Source of the DNA: a virus
Lineage: Duplodnaviria; Caudoviricetes
Length of the DNA stretch: 64,000 bases
Virus record (IMG/VR): IMGVR_UViG_3300033067_001375
Location: 3,519-67,518 of that record
Strand: one strand, 5' to 3'
In this document: positions 45,286 to 53,455 of the stretch, in pieces
How the letters are laid out: each line of letters opens with the position of its first letter
Numbering within the stretch: the first letter of the stretch is position 1
The notes under the pieces: model-generated
Databases searched by the model: none
Told to the model about the DNA's origin: nothing
Seen by the model: only the letters and a program-made list of their open reading frames with translations
Position numbers and translations under genes: made by a program

Positions 45286-45705
45286 ATGCGTGTTTTTATT
45301 TGGGTAGTGATCGTTTTACTTTGTGCCGCGTGGGTGTTCACAATCTCACGCGAGCTACATCGTGCGGGGGATGATATGAGCAACAAGTTGAAAGCTGAGC
45401 ACTTCGCGGGCAAGGAAAACAACCGGCCCCTTGGTGGCACAACAACCGGCCCCGGCTTATCGGTAAGCTGGAAAGGTGACAACGCTCAGTTTGGTGCTGA
45501 GCCGATTGATTTAGTTGAGGCGGCGCTTGATCGTGTCAAGCACTTGCAAACGACGGCGGCCGGCGGTGATCCGGTGGCACGTCAAATTTGGGCGCTTGAA
45601 CAGTGTGCCCAAGAGCTACGCAAGATTGAAGCGGCCAACGCGCCGCGCACTGCGCCGGGCGTTGGTTCCGGTGCTGGTTTCGGTGGTACGGTTGAAAAGG
45701 AATAA
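45286..45705 (+). CDS. Tad1/Acb2-like helical protein (optional N-terminal TM; internal ATG at 45376)
   Basis: GAEPIDLVEAALDRVKHLQ resembles the G...DL.E...DRLK.FQ core recalled for Tad1. Confidence 0.55.
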   Translation: MRVFIWVVIVLLCAAWVFTISRELHRAGDDMSNKLKAEHFAGKENNRPLGGTTTGPGLSVSWKGDNAQFGAEPIDLVEAALDRVKHLQTTAAGGDPVARQIWALEQCAQELRKIEAANAPRTAPGVGSGAGFGGTVEKE

Positions 45706-45714
45706 CAAACAACC

Positions 45715-46425
45715 ATGTTTCAAAAAACTCAATTCTTGATGGTAGCCATTTCGGCTATCGGTTCGGTTGGTGCCTTACTGGCACCGAATGCTAAGGACGA
45801 AAAGGCTCGCCAATATTCGAGCCCTGAGCAACCACACTTTGTATCGGCGCCAGCGGACAAAAAGCCCAAGGCTGAAAGTGAAGATTCGGATTTTCGGGGT
45901 TCGGGCTACGGCTATAACGACCCTCTCGAAGATCGTGTCGTGAAACTTGAAAACGATATGCAGGTGGTCAAGAAAGCCATTGAGCTTGTCAACGGTGGTA
46001 AGACGCCGGCGGCGGCGGTGACTGAGGCGGCCTCTAAGCCCGCCGTAGAGAGCAAGACAACTCAAGTGGACTCTTTGACCGTGCGAGCCGGGCAAACGCC
46101 TGAGGAGGTGGTTAAAGCGTTGCAGGCGGCCGGTTACAAGGCAAACGTGACCTATGGCTCTTATGGATCAACCGGCTCATCGGCGACCTACTCAAGCGGC
46201 GGCTCAAGCGGCGGATCCAAATCAGCGGTGAGCTACGCTTACCCTGAGACGGTGCAAAGCTACAGCTACCCAGTTCAACAGAGCTACAGCTACCCGGTGC
46301 AAACCCAAGCTACCTACGCGTACCCGGTGCAAACTCAGTCTAGCTACCGCGTTGGATTGTTCGGCCGCGTGTATTCGTCTCAACCGACTTGCCGCATGGT
46401 CAATGGGCAAATGATTTGCAACTAG
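45715..46425 (+). CDS. Exported protein with Tyr-rich repeats
   Basis: Signal-like N-terminus; three YxYPVQxx repeats; ends CRMVNGQMICN. Confidence 0.7.
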   Translation: MFQKTQFLMVAISAIGSVGALLAPNAKDEKARQYSSPEQPHFVSAPADKKPKAESEDSDFRGSGYGYNDPLEDRVVKLENDMQVVKKAIELVNGGKTPAAAVTEAASKPAVESKTTQVDSLTVRAGQTPEEVVKALQAAGYKANVTYGSYGSTGSSATYSSGGSSGGSKSAVSYAYPETVQSYSYPVQQSYSYPVQTQATYAYPVQTQSSYRVGLFGRVYSSQPTCRMVNGQMICN

Positions 46426-46514
46426 CCTATTGCGCTGGCTTGCTGATCGTTTTGGGTGCACTCTTGGTAGTTTTGGGCGCGTTGCTGTCTGATCAACGAC
46501 CAGCGCGCCCATGA
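46416..46514 (+). CDS. Small TM peptide (32 aa)
   Basis: Read manually: TTG start, LQLAYCAGLLIVLGALLVVLGALLSDQRPARP. Confidence 0.35.
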   Translation: MQLAYCAGLLIVLGALLVVLGALLSDQRPARP

Positions 46515-46524
46515 GAGGCTGGCA

Positions 46525-46908
46525 ATGTTTTATCTTATCGCTCAAGTTGACGTGAAATCCGCCGGTGACGCGGTTGGCCGATGGACTCAGGATTACGGCA
46601 TTGCCGTTGTCTTGTTGTTCGGTGGGCTCTTTGCGCTCGCGTTCGCGGCTTGGAAAATATCAAGCTGGACGGGTAAAAATATTTTGATCCCGTTGCGTGA
46701 TGCCGGCATATCGCATTTGAGCAAGACTGACGCAACGCTTGAGAGCGTCAAAGATACTATGGTGCAAATCAGCCGTGACCTTGGAACGGCTAGCCAAGCG
46801 ATCACTACTCTTGACGCAAGGCATAGCCGTTGGGTTGATGAGCAACAAATAAAACTTGGTACGATCAAATGCCGGCCGCGTGATGACGCTGAGCCGAACG
46901 GAGCTTAA
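46525..46908 (+). CDS. Single-pass membrane protein (holin/spanin-like candidate)
   Basis: N-terminal TM followed by a coiled coil. Confidence 0.6.
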   Translation: MFYLIAQVDVKSAGDAVGRWTQDYGIAVVLLFGGLFALAFAAWKISSWTGKNILIPLRDAGISHLSKTDATLESVKDTMVQISRDLGTASQAITTLDARHSRWVDEQQIKLGTIKCRPRDDAEPNGA

Positions 46909-46909
46909 C

Positions 46910-47119
46910 ATGACTCGAAAATGGCGTCACTTCAAACACGGTGATATGCGGCTGATGGGACAAGTTGAGCCCAAGGATATTTTGGAGCTCAACTACAACG
47001 TCAGCCGTTGTATCAACGTTACTCACCTGAGCGAAAACTTGGCTGAGTTTATTTGTGACGCGCTCAACAACGAATTGCCGTTGAATCTTGAGCACGCGTT
47101 GCAAGCCAGCCGGGCTTAG
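46910..47119 (+). CDS. Hypothetical protein
   Basis: GGAG SD; last gene of the plus-strand operon. Confidence 0.55.
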   Translation: MTRKWRHFKHGDMRLMGQVEPKDILELNYNVSRCINVTHLSENLAEFICDALNNELPLNLEHALQASRA

Positions 47120-47349
47120 ATATCGCCGATGATTTCTTGCAACTCAGTTGATGACCAGTTGCCGGAAGTTGCTACGCGGCGAAGCGTTTTCTTGTAAAGA
47201 TCACGCTCCTCACGCAGGCGGGCGTTTTCGGTTTCCAGATTGTCTACCTGTTTTGCAAGTGCCGTTGTTGTCGACGTGGAGTTAGTCAACTCCAAAATTC
47301 TCTGTCTGAGGCGGGCGTTTTCTTGCTCAGCCTGTTCGAGCTTGTTCAT
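47116..47349 (-). CDS. Small coiled-coil protein
   Basis: Heptad pattern; GAGGG SD after a palindrome variant. Confidence 0.65.
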   Translation of the reverse strand: MNKLEQAEQENARLRQRILELTNSTSTTTALAKQVDNLETENARLREERDLYKKTLRRVATSGNWSSTELQEIIGDI

Positions 47350-47570
47350 TCGAGCCAGCCCTCATTTGTAAACGTTTCAAGCGGCAAGCACTCACACAAA
47401 GTCTTGGGTCGTTGGCAGCGGCCGCAACGGCAAACAGCGGACGGCTCGGGCCAAGGTTTTTTTCGCTCACGCTTGGCTGAGCACTCTCGGCAACGATTGA
47501 CAATCACTGAGTTGGTAGTCAAGCAGTTGCGGCAAATCCAATTGTCGCCATCAAGCCCTTGGTTGTTCAT
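47346..47570 (-). CDS. RanBP2-type zinc-finger protein
   Basis: WICRNCLTTNSVIVNRCREC fits W-x-C-x2-C-x3-N-x6-C-x2-C exactly. Confidence 0.65.
   Translation of the reverse strand: MNNQGLDGDNWICRNCLTTNSVIVNRCRECSAKRERKKPWPEPSAVCRCGRCQRPKTLCECLPLETFTNEGWLE
47367..47380. promoter_or_regulatory. Palindrome variant (12/14)
   Basis: TGTAAACGTTTCAA, 17 nt upstream of minus-strand ATG 47349. Confidence 0.65.
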
Positions 47571-48159
47571 GACGCCTTGCCGTTTGAAGATTTGAGCGAA
47601 GCGAAGCAACCAGCGCCAGCGCGGCAACGTGAGCGTCGGCCGCCCAAGCGTGTGCGGATTGGGTAACATTTTTCCTCGTAAACATAGCGGTCAGATTGAC
47701 AGTTGCAATGCAGCGTTCGAGAGACTCAAGACGCCTCTCAATGCGTCGCGCCTCATCAAGTAGGTTTTCTACTTCGATAGCCTCTACGTCCTCAGTGTGC
47801 TTGCTGAGAACGGTTGCAATACGGTCAAAAATCTCAACCAAGTAACGGGCGTTATCGCGTTGGCAAACGGTTGCGAATAAAAACGCGGCGTCAACCTCAT
47901 CAAGATCCAATAGCCGGGCGGCCTCATCCTCAAAGAGCTCACCGTCAAAGGCTTCGCTTTCGGTGTTGGCGTCCTCATTGGCGGCGTAGCAAACCCAAGC
48001 GGCTAACCCGGCTTTCGTCGTGCTAGCGTCAAGTAAGAGCCCAAGCAAGCTGTCAACACAATCGCGGTCTTGGCCATCAATAACAAACCCGCAATCAGCA
48101 ACCTTGTTGCGGTTGGCTTGCATGAGTGAGCGGGTCTTTTCCAGTAGTTTGACGTTCAT
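47551..48159 (-). CDS. Hypothetical protein
   Basis: 202-aa ORF downstream of a class A motif and leader. Confidence 0.7.
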   Translation of the reverse strand: MNVKLLEKTRSLMQANRNKVADCGFVIDGQDRDCVDSLLGLLLDASTTKAGLAAWVCYAANEDANTESEAFDGELFEDEAARLLDLDEVDAAFLFATVCQRDNARYLVEIFDRIATVLSKHTEDVEAIEVENLLDEARRIERRLESLERCIATVNLTAMFTRKNVTQSAHAWAADAHVAALALVASLRSNLQTARRHEQPRA

Positions 48160-48206
48160 TTGCTTGGTTCCTTAGGCTTGATTTACCGGGGCTACCGTTG
48201 CCCCTT

Positions 48207-48242
48207 GTAATGATAGGCTCAACCCGTGTCACCTTTGGGCGC
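48207..48242 (-). promoter_or_regulatory. Class A promoter-like motif
   Basis: GCGCCCA-N17-GCCTATCATTAC on the minus strand. Confidence 0.65.
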
Positions 48243-48254
48243 TAATTCGCGAAA

Positions 48255-48719
48255 TTATTTTTCGGGATTTGCGCCAACAGATGCGGCGATTTCTTCGTTG
48301 GTCAGTTGCTTGCCGCTTTTGAGGCTAGCCAACAGAGCAATGTCGGTTTCCGATGGTGCGCCAAGCTTGGCATAATCTTCGGCCGAAATGCCGATTGACG
48401 CGGCCAGCCGGCCGAAAGCCTCAGTGAGCTTTTGGTTGTAGTAGCAAAGGAAACGCAAGCGATCAGAGCGAAAGGCAGGGGCGCCGTTCTTTCTTTTGGC
48501 GGCTCGCGTTGGCTTGTTGACAGTGATGCCAACGGCCTCAACGACCTCATCAATAACGCCGTCCGTGACAACCATACCGTTGAAGTTTTTGCGGATCAAG
48601 TTGGCTAACTCATCGGGCGTTTTGTTGTCAATGAGTGACTTGTTGACAGTGGCCCACATGACAATTTTCATTGCATCGGCGCGGTTGGTCACGGTACGTG
48701 GCTTTTTGTTCGTGTTCAT
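48255..48719 (-). CDS. Hypothetical basic protein
   Basis: AAGGGATGAG upstream of ATG 48719. Confidence 0.7.
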   Translation of the reverse strand: MNTNKKPRTVTNRADAMKIVMWATVNKSLIDNKTPDELANLIRKNFNGMVVTDGVIDEVVEAVGITVNKPTRAAKRKNGAPAFRSDRLRFLCYYNQKLTEAFGRLAASIGISAEDYAKLGAPSETDIALLASLKSGKQLTNEEIAASVGANPEK

Positions 48720-48817
48720 CTCATCCCTTTGGTGAATTCTGGAAACTGAAACTGATCGGAAATTCCTAACGCAATTACAAGGCTCACTAGCGGCTAAGAT
48801 TTGTCGGGTATTTTTTT

Positions 48818-48831
48818 TGTAAACGTTTACA
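48818..48831. promoter_or_regulatory. 14-bp palindrome (copy 11)
   Basis: Perfect copy at the left edge of the non-coding control region. Confidence 0.85.
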
Positions 48832-49004
48832 AACTTTTGCAGCAATGCGGCCTTGTATCTTCGGAGGGTTCAATATGTCTAACGCTGTTTTGTTCTTGGA
48901 TTGTGATGGGGTAATCAACGGCAACTCAAGCCCGCGATCACGCCGGGTTGGTGGCTTTGAGCATGCGCTACAGATGGCTTGACGTATCTTGCAGATGGCA
49001 ACGC

Positions 49005-49032
49005 TTGACAATTTCCGCCCGGCGTTTATTAT
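49005..49032 (+). promoter_or_regulatory. Sigma70-type promoter
   Basis: TTGACA-N16-TATTAT; the predicted +1 is just before the 18-bp stem at 49041. Confidence 0.6.
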
Positions 49033-49040
49033 TTGTGCAC

Positions 49041-49197
49041 GGGGTTGTCAGTCCTGCCAAAATACCCGTTGTTGAGTGAGGCGTTGTAAACCTCAAACAG
49101 CAACGGGTTTTTTCGTGTCAAAATTGTATCGACAGATTGACCTACCGAATCGGCCGCTTATCCTTGTACGAACGCGCCGGGCAGGATTGACAACCCC
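49041..49197 (+). ncRNA. Candidate structured ncRNA (about 157 nt)
   Basis: Ends pair over 18 nt with one G-U; internal 11-bp hairpin 49064-49111; no ORF. Confidence 0.5.
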
Positions 49198-49625
49198 TTC
49201 CCGGCGCCAGTGATCATTTGAGTTCATGGCGACTGGAAAGAGGCGATAGATTCGGCGCACGATATCGGGCCTGGGGTGGACCCCTCAGAAGTTATCGAGG
49301 CGGGTGATGTTCGCTAATCTCTGCGCACGCTATGCGCTCATGCAACACGGCCCGATGAGCCGTGGGGGTCAGACACGCGGCAAGCGTGGACGGACAAAAG
49401 GCCTCACCAGCCTCAAGCCAACGTTGAAGTGAAATAAACCGGGCAACGCCACCCAGCGACCCGGTCGGCGGCGCTCAATGACGATTGGCAACCCTTGGGG
49501 GTCAACATGCCCTCAATGCTAGGTCAGTTAGGCAAACCTTCCCGGTCAATCGGCGGCCGCTCAATACCGCCGGACATGGGGGTGGCGCGCCTTGTGGGCA
49601 GAAAAAAGAAATATTTTGAAAATAG

Positions 49626-49662
49626 GCGCCTAACTTTTCCGCCAAGCCGGCCTTGATGTTAT
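49626..49662 (+). promoter_or_regulatory. Class A promoter-like motif
   Basis: GCGCCTA-N17-GCCTTGATGTTAT upstream of the AAA ATPase. Confidence 0.7.
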
Positions 49663-49712
49663 GTGGGCAGTGAGCCCGGTAAACAAGCAAGCAAGTGTAA
49701 AGGGTAAAAGCG

Positions 49713-51263
49713 ATGATCAAGACCAAAGAGAAACCAGCCGCCGCCAAGGCAGATAGCAAGGAGTCAGACAACAAGGGCGTTTACGCCAAGCTCAATAAGG
49801 CCTATCGCGTTGGTTGCCCAATTGTCAGCCTTACTACCAGTGACCCGGCCGAGGCTACCCGCAACGTGATAGCAGCGCTTGACAAGTGCGGCGTGGTTAC
49901 GTGGGATTGTGCCGTTGGTGCAAAAATCCCGTTGGGTGTTTCCAATGAGGATCAGGCACAAATAAAGTTGGCGAATGAGGGTCTTGGAAAAGTTGACACG
50001 GACACGCTCAATTTGGCCGATTTTCTGGTGAGTTGCAACAAGTTGCCGCGTGACGTTGCCGTTGTGATTTACAACGCCCATTTGTTCATCGGTGAGCCCT
50101 CGGTTGTTCAAGCTATCTGGAATCTTCGCGACCCATTCAAGAGCCCTAAGCGCATGCTTATTTTGATGAGCCCCGCGCTACGTGTTCCGGTTGAGTTGCA
50201 GCACGACGTGATCGAGCTTGATGAGCCGTTGCCAACGAAAAGCGAATTGGCGTCAGTCATTGACCGCGTTGCCGGCCAAGTGGAGAGCGTTAGCCAAGAG
50301 CAAATTGATGACGCGGCCAACGCTAGCCAAGGCTTGAGCGCCTTTGCTGCTGAGCAGATGGCGGCCCTCAATCTAACCAAAGAAAACGGCTTGAGCGTTC
50401 GCGGTGTTTGGGGTGACAAGTGTGCCAAGATCAACGAAACGCCCGGCCTCAAAGTGATCAGCGCCGGCGGGTTCGATGATGTTGCCGGAGTTGAGCAAAT
50501 CAAAAAGTTTCTCAAGTCCATCTTGGCCGGGCGCGACAAGCCTAATTGCATCGTGTACGTTGACGAAATCGAAAAATCAATGGGCGGCTCAGCCCACGAC
50601 ACAAGCGGCGTGAGTCAAGATCAGTTGGGCGTGTTGTTGCAGTATATGCAAGACAAGAAAGCAACCGGGGCGATTTTCAACGGCCCTCCTGGCGCCGCCA
50701 AGTCAGCACTAGCGAAAGCCGCCGGGGCTGACGCTGGTATCCCTACGATTCAAATTGACCTTGGGGCCATGAAAGGCTCATTGGTTGGCGAATCGGAAAC
50801 GCGGATCCGTGACGCCCTCAAGGTGATTGATAGCGTCAGCGGCGGCCAAACGCTTTGGTTAGCAACGTGCAATAGTCTGACGGCCTTGCCACCTGAGCTA
50901 CGACGCCGGTTCAAGTTTGGTACGTGGTTCTTTGACTTGCCAACGCTTGAAGAGCGCCGGGCTATCTGGGCGCTCTACTGCAAAAAGTATGAGTTGGCTG
51001 AGCCAAGCGAAAAGCTTTTGGCTAATCCATGGACGGGGGCCGAAATCGAGTCTTGCTGCGATATCGCATGGCGAACAATGCAAACCGTTGAGCAAGCCTC
51101 AGATTTCATCGTGAGCTACGCGGTAGCCAATGCACGATCACTTGAGGCCTTGCGTGACGGTGCTGAGGCTAAATTCCTGAGCGCGTCAGCCCCCGGCTAC
51201 TACACCAAGCCCAAGAGTGAGAAAGAGCCTACCGGCGAAAATTCCCGCGAGCTCGATATCTAA
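49713..51263 (+). CDS. Ycf46-like AAA+ ATPase with transposed Walker A/B blocks
   Basis: VYVDEIEK at about aa 281-288 precedes GPPGAAKS at aa 324-331; then LATCN, LPPELRRRF and FFDLP. Confidence 0.88.
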   Translation: MIKTKEKPAAAKADSKESDNKGVYAKLNKAYRVGCPIVSLTTSDPAEATRNVIAALDKCGVVTWDCAVGAKIPLGVSNEDQAQIKLANEGLGKVDTDTLNLADFLVSCNKLPRDVAVVIYNAHLFIGEPSVVQAIWNLRDPFKSPKRMLILMSPALRVPVELQHDVIELDEPLPTKSELASVIDRVAGQVESVSQEQIDDAANASQGLSAFAAEQMAALNLTKENGLSVRGVWGDKCAKINETPGLKVISAGGFDDVAGVEQIKKFLKSILAGRDKPNCIVYVDEIEKSMGGSAHDTSGVSQDQLGVLLQYMQDKKATGAIFNGPPGAAKSALAKAAGADAGIPTIQIDLGAMKGSLVGESETRIRDALKVIDSVSGGQTLWLATCNSLTALPPELRRRFKFGTWFFDLPTLEERRAIWALYCKKYELAEPSEKLLANPWTGAEIESCCDIAWRTMQTVEQASDFIVSYAVANARSLEALRDGAEAKFLSASAPGYYTKPKSEKEPTGENSRELDI

Positions 51264-51267
51264 TTTT

Positions 51268-51281
51268 TGTAAACGTTTACA
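51268..51281. promoter_or_regulatory. 14-bp palindrome (copy 12)
   Basis: Perfect copy between the AAA and sigma genes. Confidence 0.85.
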
Positions 51282-51500
51282 AGCCGCCCGGCCGATAAAT
51301 ACAAAATTGGCCGGGATGGCTTGATCCGCCTACGCGGCGGAGCTAGACTGTCCCCCGGTAAATAAGCAAGCACGCAAATGATTGCGGCAAACTCTCTAAA
51401 ACAATATGGGCCTTAGGTCAGCCGCCCCGCGAAAGCGGCGGTTTGCTTGACCGACCAAGCGGTTGACCTCTGGCCCTCCTTTCAAGATGAAAGATTGCAA

Positions 51501-52070
51501 ATGACAACTCTCGAACTGGCTATCAGCGGTGATTCTGACGCGGCCGCCCAAGTGATCGAAAACGTTGCCAAGCGTGTTCGGTATCTTTGCACCAAAGCGA
51601 ACTACAAAATTACGGCCGTACGTGCGGACGCAGATGACGCGGCTCAAATGGCCCTTGTGCGAATCTATCAAGCTCTTGTTGGCGGTGACTGTGCCGTCAT
51701 GGATCCAAACGCGTTTGGCTGGTTCGTGTTTCGCCAAGCCCGTAACGCGTGCCGTCTGATCGAAAATACACACGGCCGCAAAAAGCGTGAGATAGCCAGG
51801 GAGGCCGCAAGCTTCGATGATGCTGACGCCGGTTGTACGGTTGTCAGCAGTGACAAGCCGGCCGATGAGCGAGCCGTAGAAACAGAGCTCATCGGCGCAC
51901 TTATGGCCATGGTCAAGCGTGATGATGACCGGGCGATACTCAACGGCATTCTTGACGGCATGACGATCAATGAGATTGCCGCCGGCCTCAAGGTTTCCCC
52001 AGCGTTTGTTTACACGCGTCTACAGAAGATTCGCGCAAAGGCGCGTACTCAGTTGGCGCAATTGGTCTAG
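51501..52070 (+). CDS. ECF-type RNA polymerase sigma factor
   Basis: Region 2 (A..GD..A....; DADDAAQ.AL; FGWF...ARN) and region 4 HTH (GMTINEIA..L.VS...VYTRL.KIR). Confidence 0.88.
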   Translation: MTTLELAISGDSDAAAQVIENVAKRVRYLCTKANYKITAVRADADDAAQMALVRIYQALVGGDCAVMDPNAFGWFVFRQARNACRLIENTHGRKKREIAREAASFDDADAGCTVVSSDKPADERAVETELIGALMAMVKRDDDRAILNGILDGMTINEIAAGLKVSPAFVYTRLQKIRAKARTQLAQLV

Positions 52071-52299
52071 TTGCTCAATGGTTGTGAACAACCCGCGAAA
52101 CTGATAAGCGATAACCGGAAAGGCGCGGCTTGCCGTAGCCCGGTTGGAATTGGCTCACAGTGCACAATGTAAAGCTAAGGTTGTTGAAGTGCCTGAGCTC
52201 ACGCCACATAGAGGGCAGTAATTGGGTGAAGGCGTCAGTAACTGAACCGAGCATTGTTTGCTTAGCTTCCAAGAGCAACGTTTTATTTTGAGGTTTTTA

Positions 52300-53013
52300 A
52301 TGGCTTGGAAAGTAACGGCTTACACTGGCAAGCGTAGGGACAAGATTCTTGGCTCAACGTACGTTCGAGCCGATACAGAGGACAAGGCCAAAGAGATTGG
52401 CCGAAAGGCTTTGCGGCTGATCGGTATCAAGGGTAAGTATCAGGTATCAGCGGCGGTTTACCGCCCTGAGAACGATTGGGCGTTTTTTGGGTATCTGGCA
52501 AGGGTTGAGGTAATCGTGCATCGCGTTGCTGGCGTTGTGGTTTGGCGGGATTATTTGGAGGAAAAGATGAGCGAGTCAAGCATAGGCATACAGTTGCTAC
52601 ATCCATTCTGCTTTACCAATCCAGGTAAGTGGTCAGACGGTTTTAATGAGCATGGCATTTTTGAGATTGTCGGACTGGACGAACTTTCTGGCCGAGTCCC
52701 GAAAGCAACTATTCGACGAATTGCATCATTCAAAGCTGACTGCATGATTGGCGAAGTGGCAAAGACACCAACACATCGCATTAAAAGCCGAGCAGTTCGG
52801 ACATCGCTTCATAGCTTTTCGGAGCATGCTGATTTCAACCAACTAACCGCCGCCCAGTCGCGAGTGGCGGAGCTGGAGAAACTGCTGCGAATCGTCAATG
52901 TGCAACTGGGCAATATCGAGTTCAATATTCGGCAGGAATCAGTAGCCAACCCAAGCAAAGAGGACTGGCTGCGAATTGTACGATCAGTGCTGGAGCAATT
53001 GAATGGAAAGTAA
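52300..53013 (+). CDS. Hypothetical protein, possibly two fused genes (internal GGAGG-ATG at 52568)
   Basis: Continuous ORF with an apparent composition change near 52550. Confidence 0.6.
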   Translation: MAWKVTAYTGKRRDKILGSTYVRADTEDKAKEIGRKALRLIGIKGKYQVSAAVYRPENDWAFFGYLARVEVIVHRVAGVVVWRDYLEEKMSESSIGIQLLHPFCFTNPGKWSDGFNEHGIFEIVGLDELSGRVPKATIRRIASFKADCMIGEVAKTPTHRIKSRAVRTSLHSFSEHADFNQLTAAQSRVAELEKLLRIVNVQLGNIEFNIRQESVANPSKEDWLRIVRSVLEQLNGK

Positions 53014-53138
53014 CTGTGCATGTGGCAACGAGTCCGGCACAAACGACGAATGCGAGCGATGCCGACTGATTGACCAGTTGAAAGCGGCCCAGAATCGAGT
53101 GGGACCGTGGCTGGCTGGACACCCACGGCCCTGGGCTC

Positions 53139-53375
53139 TTGGCTTTGCGCCTAGCGTGCGCACGCGGGACGGTTGACGCTGTGGCCGTCAACAAGGCGTT
53201 CGATGAGGGGCCGGCCGTTCCAGTGTTCAAGACGGCCGCACAGGCGGCTAAGCATGGACGGAGAGCGATCAACCGGCCCGGCCGCAAGGCAAAGGCGTTG
53301 GTTGAGAAGATCGAAACCAAGCGGTTAAAAAATAAAATCCGCACAAGCGGCAAAATCGGAAAAAAGACCGACTAG
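53139..53375 (+). CDS. Basic hypothetical protein, start uncertain
   Basis: Frame is open from 53082; no clear start codon. Confidence 0.4.
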   Translation: MALRLACARGTVDAVAVNKAFDEGPAVPVFKTAAQAAKHGRRAINRPGRKAKALVEKIETKRLKNKIRTSGKIGKKTD

Positions 53376-53404
53376 TTTTTCCGTATACGCGGCCTTTACT
53401 TTAT
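53368..53404 (+). promoter_or_regulatory. Class A promoter-like motif
   Basis: CCGACTA-N17-GCCTTTACTTTAT followed by the CCGGG/CCCGGTA hairpin leader. Confidence 0.65.
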
Positions 53405-53455
53405 GAGCCGGGTAGTTCGCCCGGTAGAATAGTTTCAAAGATTGGAGCAAAGTAA

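Noticed and set aside
49240-49520. tmRNA / RNase P / tRNA resemblance (GATTCGGCG)
   Set aside because: No T-arm GTTCRA plus CCA end, no tag ORF and no RNase P conserved boxes were found.
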